From the NCBI GenBank assembly GCA_051859245.1, contig JBHYGA010000001.1, forward strand, positions 1,309,722 to 1,373,721: a stretch of 64,000 nucleotides of DNA, in the 5' to 3' direction. The DNA is from Gemmatimonadaceae bacterium (lineage in GTDB: Bacteria; Gemmatimonadota; Gemmatimonadetes; Gemmatimonadales; Gemmatimonadaceae). Numbering within the stretch: the stretch's first letter is position 1; each line of letters begins with the position of its first letter. The translations under genes and the position numbers were made by a program. This document shows positions 9,529-20,424 of this stretch, piece by piece. The notes under the pieces are model-generated. The model was not told the DNA's origin and searched no databases. It worked only from the letters and a program-made list of their open reading frames with translations.

Positions 9529-11271
9529 ATGATCGTGCTTCCTGAGTCTCCCGCCGCATTTGCCGACGCGACGTGGTCGGACATTGCTCCGTACTACGAA
9601 GCGCTCGCCGTTGCTCCGCTCGCGTCGCCGGCCGATGCCGCGCAGATCGAAGCGTGGCTCGATGCGTGGTCGAAGCTCGACATGATGGTCGGCGAAGCGG
9701 GTACGCTGGCGATGATTGCGTATACCGCGAACACAGCGAACGAGGCGGCGGAGCGCGCGTACCTGCGCTTCTCGATGGAGATTTTCCCCACGCTCGAAGA
9801 ACAACAGGTGCGCCTGGCGCGTAGGTTGGTGGATACTGGGTGGTCGCGGCCGGATCTCGAAACCACGATTCGACGCTTTCGCTCCGATATTGAGATCTTC
9901 CGCGAGGCCAACGTCGCGCGCTTTTCAAAACTTGAAGAGTATTCCGCGGCGTATCAGAAGCGCACCGGCGGACTATCGGTGGATTGGGACGGCGAAGCCA
10001 AAACCATCCCGCAACTGCAGCCGTATCTCAAGTCGAACGACCGCGCTATTCGTGAGCGCGCGTTTCGACGCGGCGCGGAGGCGTATCTCGCGCATCGCGA
10101 AGAACTCGCCACACTCTTTGATTCCATGTTGGTGTTGCGTCAGGATGTCGCGCGCGAAGCTGGTTTCTCGGACTTTCAGCGCTACGCCTTTGCAGCCAAG
10201 CACCGGTTTGACTACACGCCGGAAGATTGCGCCGGCTTCCACGCGGCGGTGCAGGAAGCCGTGGTGCCCGCCGTTGCGCGCTTGTACGAGCACCGCCGCG
10301 AACGTTTGAAAGTGGAGACGCTGCGGCCGTGGGATCTGGCCGTTGATGTCGACGCCACCACACCGCTCGTGCCGTTCAGAACTGTCGATGAATTCGTAAA
10401 TGGCGCGCGGCGAATCTTCTCGCGCGTTGATCCCGAGCTCGGACAGAAATTTGATATCATGGCGGCCGAGCAACTGCTCGATCTCGAGAGCCGGCCTGGC
10501 AAAGCGCCTGGCGGTTATTGCACCGATCTCGCATTCCGTGGGCGTCCGTTCATCTTCATGAACGCGGTAGGCGTGCCGGATGATGTGCAAACGCTGGTGC
10601 ACGAAGCAGGGCATTGCTTCCACGATTTCGCGGCGCATCAGTTGCCGTACGCATGGCAGCGTCGCACCGGACACGAAGCGGCGGAGCTGGCGTCCATGTC
10701 GATGGAGCTGCTCGCCATGCCGTTCCTGGCGCAGCCCGAGGGCTACTACACGCCGGAAGAAGCGCGCATTGCGTGGCTTGAGCATTTTGAAGACGTCCTG
10801 TGCTCACTCACGCACATTGCCAGTGTTGATGCGTTTCAGGCGTGGATCTACGCGAATGCTGAAGGCGCAAATGCGGCGGCGCGCGACGAGGCGTGGTTGC
10901 GCATTCGTGCACAGTTCGAGCCGGTGGTCGACTGGTCGGGCCTCAACGATGAACGCGTGTCGCGCTGGTATCGCCAGCTGCACATTTTCGAACTGCCGTT
11001 TTACTACATCGAATACGGATTGGCGCAGCTCGGCGCGCTGCAGGTGTTTCGCAACGCGGTGCGCAACGGACCCGAGGCGGTGCAGGCGTACAAGCGATTC
11101 CTGTCACTCGGCGGCACGCGTCCGCTCCCGGAGCTGTACACGGAAGCGGGCGTCAAGCTCGTGTTCGACACCGCAACCATGCGCGAGCTCGTCGCATTCG
11201 TTGAAGAGCGCATTGTAGAATTGCGTGAGGGTGCAGTGTCGCCGTTTGGTGCGGCCATGTCGGTGGTCTAA
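9529..11271 (+). CDS. pepF: M3 family oligoendopeptidase F
   Basis: GKAPGGYC, HEAGH zinc motif, AELASMSME, FYYIEYG. Start could be 9478 or 9529. Confidence 0.9.
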   Translation: MIVLPESPAAFADATWSDIAPYYEALAVAPLASPADAAQIEAWLDAWSKLDMMVGEAGTLAMIAYTANTANEAAERAYLRFSMEIFPTLEEQQVRLARRLVDTGWSRPDLETTIRRFRSDIEIFREANVARFSKLEEYSAAYQKRTGGLSVDWDGEAKTIPQLQPYLKSNDRAIRERAFRRGAEAYLAHREELATLFDSMLVLRQDVAREAGFSDFQRYAFAAKHRFDYTPEDCAGFHAAVQEAVVPAVARLYEHRRERLKVETLRPWDLAVDVDATTPLVPFRTVDEFVNGARRIFSRVDPELGQKFDIMAAEQLLDLESRPGKAPGGYCTDLAFRGRPFIFMNAVGVPDDVQTLVHEAGHCFHDFAAHQLPYAWQRRTGHEAAELASMSMELLAMPFLAQPEGYYTPEEARIAWLEHFEDVLCSLTHIASVDAFQAWIYANAEGANAAARDEAWLRIRAQFEPVVDWSGLNDERVSRWYRQLHIFELPFYYIEYGLAQLGALQVFRNAVRNGPEAVQAYKRFLSLGGTRPLPELYTEAGVKLVFDTATMRELVAFVEERIVELREGAVSPFGAAMSVV

Positions 11272-12173
11272 CGACCACCGAATGGCTTCGCGTCAACCGT
11301 GCGCAGGTACCTGATCAACGCACGCATCTCCACCGGCGTGAGCAGCGCGGTATAACGCCACGGCATCAGCGCATCCAGTTCGCTGCCGTCGGGACGACGA
11401 CCGGTGCGCAGCACCGACTCGAGTTCGGTGTCAGTCAAACGTCCAATGCCGTCCGGTGTCAGGTTCGACGCCGGCTTGAAGTCTGGTGGCGTGCCCGGAA
11501 TTTTTCCTCCGGAGAGCCCGGGACCGTGGCACCCGGTGCATCCGCCAACGTCAGCCATGTACTTGCCATACGCGACCGAGCTGTCGATCGGCATGCTCAC
11601 GCGCGCGGTGATGGAGTGATCAATTCGCTCGGCCGGAATAATCGGAAGCTGGCCTACGGTGAGCAGTGTACGACCCACGGCGCGCAGCTCCGTTGGCGGA
11701 AGTTCTCGATCCACGGCCGGCATGGAGCGGATGTAACTGATGATCGCCCCAACGTCTTCATCGGCCAGTGTAATCCAGTCGTCCGACGGCATGATGAGCG
11801 CGCCGCGACCGTCGCGCTTGATCCCATGGCGAATCGCGCGCGCCAACTCGGCGTCGGTATACTGCGCGAGCACGCCGCCTCGGCCGGCCGTCAGGTTCGT
11901 GGCGCTTACACGACCCAACGCCGGGTCGTCGATGAACACTTTGCCGCCAAAGTCAGCGCTGTGACAATCCACGCACTTGCCCACGGCCGTGACCAGATGC
12001 GCGCCGCGCGCCAATGTGGCGCTGTCCGTCGCAACCGGTACATCACGCAACGGCGCGTCGAACGTTTTTGTAAGCGCGGAAGTGCTCACGCCGTACACGG
12101 TGCCGGCCGCCATCAGGCCGAACGCACCGACACTCACCAGCACTACAGAGATTACACGCTTGAGACGCGGCAC
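11268..12173 (-). CDS. Membrane-anchored diheme cytochrome c
   Basis: N-terminal hydrophobic helix; CVDCH and CTGCH; repeated NLT...MP motifs; AGGAGG Shine-Dalgarno upstream. Confidence 0.88.
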   Translation of the reverse strand: MPRLKRVISVVLVSVGAFGLMAAGTVYGVSTSALTKTFDAPLRDVPVATDSATLARGAHLVTAVGKCVDCHSADFGGKVFIDDPALGRVSATNLTAGRGGVLAQYTDAELARAIRHGIKRDGRGALIMPSDDWITLADEDVGAIISYIRSMPAVDRELPPTELRAVGRTLLTVGQLPIIPAERIDHSITARVSMPIDSSVAYGKYMADVGGCTGCHGPGLSGGKIPGTPPDFKPASNLTPDGIGRLTDTELESVLRTGRRPDGSELDALMPWRYTALLTPVEMRALIRYLRTVDAKPFGGR

Positions 12174-12244
12174 GAGGCCACCTCCTGCTCATCGTCGAGG
12201 GTTGAGTCGAACTGGACGACAACAACCTCGCACGGCAGGAGGGA

Positions 12245-12838
12245 TCAAGCGCGGGTCGTTTGACCCTCGGGCACCACGCCCGCACTTCCGCCCGGTGGCA
12301 GCCCCGCCACGCCGCCCGACACAATGAACGCCATCACATCGGCGCTTGGTTTTTCCAGTCGCTCAACCCGATCGGACGCCACCACAACAAGTTGTCCGGA
12401 GAAGTTGTATGAATGCGGACAGTACACACTCACGTGCCCCGGCAGGCCGAGCGTGGAAAGCGATTCCTGCGTAACGAATCCGAACAGTCGGACATTGCCC
12501 GCGTCATCAACGCGCAGTGAGACCGGCTGATCGAACCGGCGCTTTTCGCCAACGAATGCGTTGAGCACGTCGCGGATGGCGCCGTACAGCAGCCGCACGA
12601 ACGGAAGCTTCTCAAGCACACGATCGAGCAGATTGAGCGCCGAGCGCGTAATGAGGTTAGAGCCGAGAAAGCCGACCAGCGTGATGATCCCGACCGTGAT
12701 TGCCAGTCCGACGCCCGGCGTCTCCACCCCAATCATGGAATCGACCGTGCTCAACACCCATACACACACCGCGATCGTGATCGCGATCGGCGCAATCAGC
12801 ACCAGCCCCCGTCCGAAATAGCCGAGCAAACGTCCCAC
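12245..12838 (-). CDS. DUF502 family membrane protein
   Basis: Two N-terminal TM segments; LEKLPFVRLLY, GFVT, PHSYNFSG, AFIVSGGV. GTG start after GAGG. Confidence 0.8.
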   Translation of the reverse strand: MGRLLGYFGRGLVLIAPIAITIAVCVWVLSTVDSMIGVETPGVGLAITVGIITLVGFLGSNLITRSALNLLDRVLEKLPFVRLLYGAIRDVLNAFVGEKRRFDQPVSLRVDDAGNVRLFGFVTQESLSTLGLPGHVSVYCPHSYNFSGQLVVVASDRVERLEKPSADVMAFIVSGGVAGLPPGGSAGVVPEGQTTRA

Positions 12839-13037
12839 AGAGAACCTCAAAGCGGCGGTGCCGCGGCGATGGGGGCACCGAACGTGCCCCGTGAGCAACA
12901 CGAACCGGTCGCCATGCGTAGCCGAGTTCGAGTCACGCATGCAAGTTGATACGTGTTGGCCTGAGGAACCACCCCAGGTCGCGAGCACGCCGCGTCACGT
13001 GAGTGGCACGCCTGTCCTCCTCCACCGATTTCCTCCG

Positions 13038-16000
13038 ATGCAATCTCTGATGGTTTCACGGGTCGCCGTTCCAGACACACCTGCTCGCGGTCGGCTGCCG
13101 ATCCGCCGCACCGCGCCGCGCTCCCTCCGGGTCGCTCTGCTGGCGCTTGGCGTCATCTCCATACTGCCTGTTGCCAGCGCGTACGCGCAGTCGGCACGCA
13201 AACCGATCACGCAGGATGTGTACGACTCGTGGCGCGGCATTTTGTCGCCCACGATGTCCCGCAACGGTGGCTGGGTCGCGTACACCAACTCCCCAGGTAT
13301 CGGTGACGGCGAACTGGTGGTTCGCGCGACCACCGGTGGCACGGAGTTCAAGGTGCCCCGTGGCTTCACCGGACGCCCCAATGATCGACCCGGTGGCGGC
13401 GGAGGTGGCTTCTCGGCCGGTGCGCCGGTGTTCAGCGGGAACTCGCAGTACGTCGCAGCACTCGTGTATCCCACGCGCTCGGTGGTTGAGTCCGCGCGTG
13501 GAGATCGTCGTCGCGCGGCCGAGGCCACGCGCACATCGCTCGCGATCATGTCGTTGCCGTCGGGTCAGGTCACCACATTGCCACGCGTGCGCAGCTTCCG
13601 TCTCACGCGAGACGGCGGCACGTATCTGTTCTACCAGCCTGAAGTTGATTCGTCGGCCAATCGCGCTGGTGGTGATTCTGCTGCCCGCAGTGCAACGCCC
13701 GCGCGCCCTGCGGCGGGTGATTCCTCGGCACGTCGCGCGCCTCGCCGTGAGACCGGGACGCCGCTGGTGATGCGCACGCTCGCCTCGGGCGAAGAAGTGC
13801 GCATTGACGACGTTACGAGTTTTGTGTTGAGCGACAACGAACGTTGGCTCGCCTACGCGATTGGCGAAGCCGATTCCACCAAGAGCGGTTTGTACCTGCG
13901 AGACCTGACCGCGGGAACGGTCACCGCGCTGCGCAGCGGCAAGGCGCGCTATCGCAACATGACGTTTGATCGCGAAGCCACACAGCTCGCGTTTCTTGAA
14001 GCCAAAGCGGATTCGGTGCCGGCCGCGCGCGCGTCATACTCGGTGTATCTCGCGCCACTGGTGGTGAAGAAAGGTGCACCCATTGTGGCGAATCTTTCGG
14101 TGACGCCGAGTGATGCAGGAACCGGCATGATGATTCCGGAGCGCAGCCGTCTTGATTTTACGCGTGACGGATCGGCGCTGCTCTTCGCGGTGGCCGAGCC
14201 GCCCGCCGACAGCATTCCGCAAGACTCGCTCGCCAACAAGGCGATTTACGACCTCTGGCATTGGCAGGATACCCGTCTCCAGCCAACGCAGGCGCGTCAG
14301 GTCGGACAGGATCGCAACCGTTCGTTTACGTCGATCTATCACAGCAAGCTGCGCAAGGTGGTGCGTCTGGCCAATGATTCGTTGCCGAACGTTCAGGTCA
14401 GCGACGACGCGAAGTTGGCGCTCGCGGTGACGCCCGTGCCGTATTTGATGGAACAGATGTGGGGTGAAGGCGGCAACGATGTGTACATCCTCGACGCCAC
14501 CACTGGTGCCCGCACGCTCGTGGCCAAAAAGTTGGAGCGCGGTGCGCAGCTGTCTCCCAACGCCAGGTTTGTCACCTGGTTCGACAAGGACCAGTGGCAC
14601 GCGTACGAAATCGCGACCAAACAAACGCGCGTCGTCACCGAAAAAATCACCGGTGTGCGATTCAGTCAGGAAACGTGGAGCACGCCGAGCACGCCAGCGC
14701 CCTGGGGCGTGTCCGGCTGGACGAATGACGATCGCCAGATGCTGGTGAATGACCGCTACGACGTGTGGGTGGTGGATCCGAAGGGCGCGGTCGCACCGCG
14801 TCGCCTCACGGGCGGTGTCGGTCGCGCGCAGCAGCACGTGTTCCGCGTAGAAAGCGTCGATCCGGAAGCGCGCACGATCGATCCCACGAAGCCACTGTTG
14901 TTGTCAGCATTCAACGATGTGACCAAGGCGTCGGGTTGGTTCCGCGGCAGCTTCACCGACTCGGTGCCCACGCAGATCGTGATGGAGCCCAAGAGTTTCG
15001 GTAATCTGGTGAAAGCGCGTGATGCCGAGCAGTACATGGTCACGCGGTCCGACTATCGTGAGTTCCCTGATATTTGGACGGGCAACTCGCTCACGGCGAT
15101 GACGAAGATCTCGAACGTGATGCCAACGCAGGACGAGTATCTGCGCGGCAGCGTTGAGCTGTACAGCTGGATCAGCGCCGACGGTGATTCGCTTGCCGGA
15201 CTGCTGTACCTGCCGGACAACTTCGATCGCAACAAGAAGTACCCGATGGTGGTGTACTTCTACGAGACGCACTCCGACGGTTTGCACGGTTACGTGCGTC
15301 CTGCTGGCCGCAACATTGTGAACCCGACGGTCTACAACTCGCTCGGCTACATCGTGTTCATGCCGGACATCAAGTACACGGATGGTTATCCGGGCCCGAG
15401 TGCGTACAAGTCCATCGTGCCAGGCGTGCAGTCGCTGATTCAGCGTGGGTTTGTCGACAAGGACGCGATTGGTATTGGCGGTCAGTCCTGGGGCGGTTAT
15501 CAGACCGCCTATCTCGTGACCCAGACCAACCTGTTCAAAGCGGCGGTACCGAACGCCACGGTGGTGAACATGACCAGCGCGTACGGCGGTATTCGCTGGG
15601 GTACGGGTATCGCGCGGTCGTTCCAGTATGAAACCGGTCAGAGCCGAATTGGTGGTTCGCTGTGGGAGTATCCGGAGCGGTTCATCGAGAACTCGCCATT
15701 GTTCTTCGCCGATCGAATTCAGACGCCGCTGCTGTTCATGGCGAACGACAATGACGGTGCGGTACCCTGGTATCAGGGCATTGAGTTCTTCGTCGCGCTG
15801 CGCCGTCTCGGCAAGGAGGCCTACATGGTCAACTACAACGGCGACGAGCACAATCCCACCAAGCGCGCCAATCAGCTCGACATCGACAAGAAGATGCTGG
15901 AGTTCTTCGATCACCATCTCCGCGGCGCGGCCGCACCGGAGTGGATGAAGCGCGGAATTCCGTACATCGAAAAGGGCCGCGACCAGATTCGCGCCACTCC

Positions 16001-16061
16001 TGCGGTGACACCAGCGGTGAGTGGCACGGTACCCAGTTCGGGGCAGCCTTCGCCCAAGTAG
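13038..16061 (+). CDS. Secreted S9 family (prolyl oligopeptidase/acylaminoacyl peptidase) serine peptidase
   Basis: Signal peptide (AYA-Q), beta-propeller-like region, GQSWGG nucleophile, DGAV Asp, EH His. Confidence 0.9.
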   Translation: MQSLMVSRVAVPDTPARGRLPIRRTAPRSLRVALLALGVISILPVASAYAQSARKPITQDVYDSWRGILSPTMSRNGGWVAYTNSPGIGDGELVVRATTGGTEFKVPRGFTGRPNDRPGGGGGGFSAGAPVFSGNSQYVAALVYPTRSVVESARGDRRRAAEATRTSLAIMSLPSGQVTTLPRVRSFRLTRDGGTYLFYQPEVDSSANRAGGDSAARSATPARPAAGDSSARRAPRRETGTPLVMRTLASGEEVRIDDVTSFVLSDNERWLAYAIGEADSTKSGLYLRDLTAGTVTALRSGKARYRNMTFDREATQLAFLEAKADSVPAARASYSVYLAPLVVKKGAPIVANLSVTPSDAGTGMMIPERSRLDFTRDGSALLFAVAEPPADSIPQDSLANKAIYDLWHWQDTRLQPTQARQVGQDRNRSFTSIYHSKLRKVVRLANDSLPNVQVSDDAKLALAVTPVPYLMEQMWGEGGNDVYILDATTGARTLVAKKLERGAQLSPNARFVTWFDKDQWHAYEIATKQTRVVTEKITGVRFSQETWSTPSTPAPWGVSGWTNDDRQMLVNDRYDVWVVDPKGAVAPRRLTGGVGRAQQHVFRVESVDPEARTIDPTKPLLLSAFNDVTKASGWFRGSFTDSVPTQIVMEPKSFGNLVKARDAEQYMVTRSDYREFPDIWTGNSLTAMTKISNVMPTQDEYLRGSVELYSWISADGDSLAGLLYLPDNFDRNKKYPMVVYFYETHSDGLHGYVRPAGRNIVNPTVYNSLGYIVFMPDIKYTDGYPGPSAYKSIVPGVQSLIQRGFVDKDAIGIGGQSWGGYQTAYLVTQTNLFKAAVPNATVVNMTSAYGGIRWGTGIARSFQYETGQSRIGGSLWEYPERFIENSPLFFADRIQTPLLFMANDNDGAVPWYQGIEFFVALRRLGKEAYMVNYNGDEHNPTKRANQLDIDKKMLEFFDHHLRGAAAPEWMKRGIPYIEKGRDQIRATPAVTPAVSGTVPSSGQPSPK

Positions 16062-16096
16062 TACCCGGGGGGGCGGCATGGCTCTACTTTTGTGCC

Positions 16097-18058
16097 ATGG
16101 CTACTCGCATCGCACCTTCTGCCGCTCCTTCCGAGCCGGCCGCCCCCTGGACCGTCGCTGACGCCCGCGCTCTCTACAACATCGAAGGCTGGGGCGCCGG
16201 CTATTTCGATGTGAGTGAACGAGGCAACGTGATTGTGCGTCCGGATCCTGAAAATCCGGACGCCACCGTTGACCTGCGCGATCTGGCGCGCGATCTGGAA
16301 GAGCAGGGCATTCAGTTGCCCGTGCTGCTTCGCTTCTCGGATATTCTGCGCTCGCGCGTGGAAACGCTCAGTGAGCGTTTCGCGGCCGCGATGCGCGAGT
16401 TCGACTACGCGGGCAAGTACACGACGGTGTATCCCATCAAGGTCAACCAGCAGCGTCACGTGGTTGAAGAGATCGTGCGTTATGGCAGCGCGCACGGAGT
16501 GGGCCTCGAGTGCGGATCCAAGCCCGAGTTACAGGCGGTGCTCGGCCTGGTTGAAAGCACCGAGCAACTCATTGTGTGCAACGGGTACAAGGATCATGAG
16601 TTCATGCGACTGGCCCTGATGGGACAGAAGCTTGGACATCGTGTGTTCATCGTGCTCGAGCAGCTGAGCGAGCTCGATGTGTTGCTCGAAGTTGCTGACG
16701 AACTCGGGGTCACACCAATGGCCGGCGTGCGCATCAAGCTTGCGTCAGAAGGCGCAGGCCGATGGGCGCAGAGCGGCGGCGAAAAGAGCAAGTTCGGATT
16801 GTCGTCGGCGGAGCTCGTGAAGCTCATTGACCGACTGCAGGACATGGGACGCCTGGGCATTGTGAAGCTCATTCACTTCCACCTCGGCAGTCAGATCACC
16901 GACATTCGTTTCATCAAGTCAGGACTCGCTGAAGTTGCGCGCTTTTACGCCGAGCTGCGCAACATGGGCGTGGACATCACGCACGTGGATGTGGGCGGCG
17001 GACTCGGTGTGGACTACGACGGCACCACGTCCACGAACAACGCCAGCGTGAACTACACGTTGCAGGAATACGCGAACGACGTGGTGTACACGCTCGCCGA
17101 AGCCTGCCGCGAGCATGAGCTGCCGATGCCGCACCTGATCAGCGAATCAGGGCGTGCGCTCACCGCACATCACGCCATGTTGCTGGTCAAGGTGATCGAC
17201 GTGGAGTCGCAGGCGGCGCGTGCGCTGCCTACGCTGACCGACGACGATCATTCATTGCTGCACGAGATGTACGAGGATCTGCGCACCATCAGCGAACGCA
17301 ATCCCCGTCCGCGCAAGGTGCTCGAAGTCTTTCACGATGCCACTTTCGACAAGGATCGTGCGCGCAACTATTTCAACTCAGGCGTGCTCACGTTGCGCCA
17401 GTTGGCAACCGCCGAGTTGATCTGGCTGGCCACCATGAACGCGATCTATCCGATTGCGCAGGCTGATGCCGAAACCTACGCCGATATTGTGCGCGAGCTG
17501 CAGTCTTCCCTGTGCGACCGCTACTTCCTGAACTTCTCGCTCTTTCAATCGTTGCCCGACTCGTGGGCTATTGATCAGCTGTTCCCCATCATGCCTATTC
17601 ATCGGCTTGATGAGCAGCCGTTGCGCCATGGGACATTGCAGGACGTGACGTGCGATTCCGATGGCAAGATCGACAAGTTTGTGGGTGACAAACACGGTCG
17701 GCCGGCGCTGGAGTTGCATGAGTTCCGCGATGGTGAAGACTATATTCTCGGAATTTTCCTCACCGGCGCGTACCAGGAGATCCTGGGCGACTTGCACAAC
17801 CTGTTCGGCGATACGAATGCGGTGCATGTCATGCTGACGCCGGATGGTCGCTATGAAATCAACGATCTGGTTGAGGGTGACACGGTCACCGAAGTGCTGA
17901 ACTATGTGCAGTTCGGCGCGTCGCAACTTCTGGCAACATTCCGTCGTAAGGTGAATGCAGCCACGGGGCTCACACGCGAAGAGGCGAATGCGTTTATCGC
18001 TGATTACGTGGCCGGACTCGAAGGCTATACGTACCTCGAAGGCGAGGCGGCGCGCTGA
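16097..18058 (+). CDS. speA: Biosynthetic arginine decarboxylase
   Basis: YPIKVNQ (PLP Lys), GSKPEL, HFHLGSQI, DVGGGLGVDYDG, FSLFQSLPDSW, TCDSDG, GAYQEILG. Confidence 0.96.
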   Translation: MATRIAPSAAPSEPAAPWTVADARALYNIEGWGAGYFDVSERGNVIVRPDPENPDATVDLRDLARDLEEQGIQLPVLLRFSDILRSRVETLSERFAAAMREFDYAGKYTTVYPIKVNQQRHVVEEIVRYGSAHGVGLECGSKPELQAVLGLVESTEQLIVCNGYKDHEFMRLALMGQKLGHRVFIVLEQLSELDVLLEVADELGVTPMAGVRIKLASEGAGRWAQSGGEKSKFGLSSAELVKLIDRLQDMGRLGIVKLIHFHLGSQITDIRFIKSGLAEVARFYAELRNMGVDITHVDVGGGLGVDYDGTTSTNNASVNYTLQEYANDVVYTLAEACREHELPMPHLISESGRALTAHHAMLLVKVIDVESQAARALPTLTDDDHSLLHEMYEDLRTISERNPRPRKVLEVFHDATFDKDRARNYFNSGVLTLRQLATAELIWLATMNAIYPIAQADAETYADIVRELQSSLCDRYFLNFSLFQSLPDSWAIDQLFPIMPIHRLDEQPLRHGTLQDVTCDSDGKIDKFVGDKHGRPALELHEFRDGEDYILGIFLTGAYQEILGDLHNLFGDTNAVHVMLTPDGRYEINDLVEGDTVTEVLNYVQFGASQLLATFRRKVNAATGLTREEANAFIADYVAGLEGYTYLEGEAAR

Positions 18059-18107
18059 GGCGAGTCGCGCGTCTGAGCGTTTCCGCTTTCTCAGCCAGGA
18101 GAACATC

Positions 18108-18827
18108 GTGACCGAAGTTGCCACACCTGCCTCGGGCAGTTTGCTCGACGATCTGCTGGAAATCTTCGTCGCACCGTCAAAGGTGTTCGAACGGCGACGG
18201 AACAGCGGCTACGGCATGTTGCTGCTCACGCTGGTGATTCTGTTGGTGTTGATCAGCGTTGCGACAATGAGTCTCACCGCGCCGTACTGGGACGCCCAGT
18301 TCGATATGGGCGCGAAGCTTGCCGCGGCGAAGGGAGAGCCGCTGCCGGCCGAAGCAACCGGGCCAATGGCCCGCACGGCCGGTCGATGGTTTGGTGTGCT
18401 TGGCGGCGTGATTTACGTGCCGATCATGGTGTGGCTCGGCGGGTTGTTTGTGATGATCAGTTCGAAGATTGCCGGCGCGAATGTGAGCTACAAGCAGGGT
18501 ACGCTCATCACCACGTTGGCCTTCTTCCCGCGACTGCTGGCGCCGATCATCATGTCGGTTCAGAGTTTGATGGTGTCGCCAGAGAGCATTCGCAGTTTCA
18601 GCGATGGCGCCGTCGGACTTGCTCGCCTCGTCGACCCGCTCACCACCAATCCGATTCTGTTGAGCGTGCTCACCAACTTCGAACTGACGAACCTCTGGTC
18701 GTTCGCGCTGGTGGCGATTGGGATTCGTGTAATCGGCAGGGTCACCATGGGCACCGCGATGTTTGCCATGGCTCTCTCGTTTGCCTTCACGCTCGCACTG
18801 GCGCTGATTCCCGCCGCGTTGATGTAG
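18108..18827 (+). CDS. Yip1-domain membrane protein
   Basis: EIFVAPSKVF N-terminal motif and about five TM helices; AGGAG SD before the GTG. Confidence 0.75.
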   Translation: MTEVATPASGSLLDDLLEIFVAPSKVFERRRNSGYGMLLLTLVILLVLISVATMSLTAPYWDAQFDMGAKLAAAKGEPLPAEATGPMARTAGRWFGVLGGVIYVPIMVWLGGLFVMISSKIAGANVSYKQGTLITTLAFFPRLLAPIIMSVQSLMVSPESIRSFSDGAVGLARLVDPLTTNPILLSVLTNFELTNLWSFALVAIGIRVIGRVTMGTAMFAMALSFAFTLALALIPAALM

Positions 18828-18850
18828 CTCAGCAACGCTGGCGAACAACA

Positions 18851-18883
18851 ACGGGCCCGATCGCACAACGCGATCGGGCCCGT
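18851..18883. terminator. Likely bidirectional intrinsic terminator between the yip1 and sodA genes
   Basis: Perfect 14-bp stem ACGGGCCCGATCGC/GCGATCGGGCCCGT between convergent genes. Confidence 0.75.
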
Positions 18884-18926
18884 CTTGCGTAACACACGAA
18901 TGCATTACGTGTACTGCGCCGCGCGT

Positions 18927-19538
18927 TTACACAATGCTCTTGGCGTAGTGCGCGGTGACCTCATTCCAGTTCACCACATTCCACCACGCGCCCACATAAT
19001 CTGCGCGACGATTCTGATAGTTCAGGTAGTACGCATGCTCCCACACATCAAGGCCGAGAATCGCCGTCTTGCCTTCCATGAGGGGATTGTCCTGATTGGC
19101 GCTGCTTTCAATGGTGAGGGCACCACGATCGGATACCAGCCACGCCCAACCAGAACCAAAGCGACCCATGGCCGCCGCCTGAAACTTCTCGCGGAACGTG
19201 GCAAAATCGCCGAACGCCTTGGCGATCGCTGCGGCCACATCACCCGTGGGCTCGCCACCCGCGTTCGGCGCCATGAGCGTCCAGAACAGTGCGTGGTTCC
19301 AGTGTCCGCCGCCGTTGTTGCGCACCGCGGTACGAATCGACTCCGGCACGGCATTCAGGTCACGCAACAGATCGTCGAGCGACTTGCCGGCGAGCTCCGG
19401 CGCTTTCTCAAGCGCGGCGTTCAGGTTCGTCACGTACGCCTGATGGTGCTTGCCATGGTGGATCTCCATGGTCTTGGCATCGATGTGCGGCGCCAGCGCG
19501 TCGAAGGCGTACGGCAATGCGGGCAACGTATGAGCCAT
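18927..19538 (-). CDS. sodA: Superoxide dismutase, Mn-type signature
   Basis: [33 protein letters not shown]. Confidence 0.95.
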   Translation of the reverse strand: MAHTLPALPYAFDALAPHIDAKTMEIHHGKHHQAYVTNLNAALEKAPELAGKSLDDLLRDLNAVPESIRTAVRNNGGGHWNHALFWTLMAPNAGGEPTGDVAAAIAKAFGDFATFREKFQAAAMGRFGSGWAWLVSDRGALTIESSANQDNPLMEGKTAILGLDVWEHAYYLNYQNRRADYVGAWWNVVNWNEVTAHYAKSIV

Positions 19539-19616
19539 GATTCCTTTATCTCCCAGAAAGTTGAACAATGATCACGCTGTTTGTCACGCCGACGGGTGAC
19601 ATGCAGCGCGTGCCAG

Positions 19617-20258
19617 TTATGCGGGCGATGAACCCGGTCGTGAACGCTCACGCAGCCAGGCAATGATGCCCGGTAGAATCGAAAGAAAAATTACCACCAG
19701 AATGACTTTCTCGATGTGCTGATCAATGCCAGGCACCCAGCGACCGAGAAAGTATCCCGTGAACAACATGCTCCAGACCCAGAGTACGCCACCAACCACG
19801 TTGTAGGCGAGAAACGATCGATACTGCATTTGCCCAACGCCCGCTACAACCGGCGCGAACGTTCGAATGATTGGTACAAATCGCGCAATTATGATGGTCT
19901 TGCCGCCGTGCTTTTCGTAGAACGCCTGCGCCTTCAACAAATGGGCGCGCCGAAACAGCAACGACTCCTCTCGCGTGAAAATGCGGGGGCCGGACAGCTT
20001 GCCAATGTGATACCCCACCGTGTCGCCAACGATCGCCGCAATTGTCAGGAGTAGGCCGAGCAAATACACGTTCAGACCGAACTCCGGCTGCGACGCCAGC
20101 AGGCCGGCTGTCACGAGTAATGAATCACCGGGAAGAAAAAACCCGATCAGCAGACCCGTCTCTGTAAAAATGATCGCCGTGAGCCCGACGTAACCGGCCC
20201 ACTGCACGAGCGCCGGAAGATCGCGCAGGCGATTGAAAAAATCAGTGAGAAAATCCAC
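19617..20258 (-). CDS. dedA: DedA family (VTT/SNARE-associated) membrane protein
   Basis: ETGLLIGFFLPGDSLL, GDTVGY, ARFVPIIRTFAPVVAG. Confidence 0.93.
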   Translation of the reverse strand: MDFLTDFFNRLRDLPALVQWAGYVGLTAIIFTETGLLIGFFLPGDSLLVTAGLLASQPEFGLNVYLLGLLLTIAAIVGDTVGYHIGKLSGPRIFTREESLLFRRAHLLKAQAFYEKHGGKTIIIARFVPIIRTFAPVVAGVGQMQYRSFLAYNVVGGVLWVWSMLFTGYFLGRWVPGIDQHIEKVILVVIFLSILPGIIAWLRERSRPGSSPA

Positions 20259-20424
20259 AAGCGTTGGGCTGGGGGCAGAGGCGTGTCACGACGGGCGCGT
20301 GGCACAACGCTCAGAAGGCTTCGTGAGAAAGCTTGACGCCGGGCGCGCGTGGGTCAACGTCTCCCGCCACATGCGACAATCAAAACTCGTGACCTCGTGC
20401 CGTCCGAACGCTAGTTTGCCCCAT

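Noticed and set aside
12847..12947. Possible leaderless uORF (VTRTRLRMATGSCC...) before the DUF502 gene
   Set aside because: The -10 hexamer (CAACTT) is non-consensus and the start is GTG; too weak to report.
19582..19615. TGGCAC sigma54-like element and TGTCAC-N8-GTGACA palindrome upstream of sodA
   Set aside because: The GG-GC spacing is wrong for sigma54. The palindrome could simply be a weak dedA terminator hairpin.
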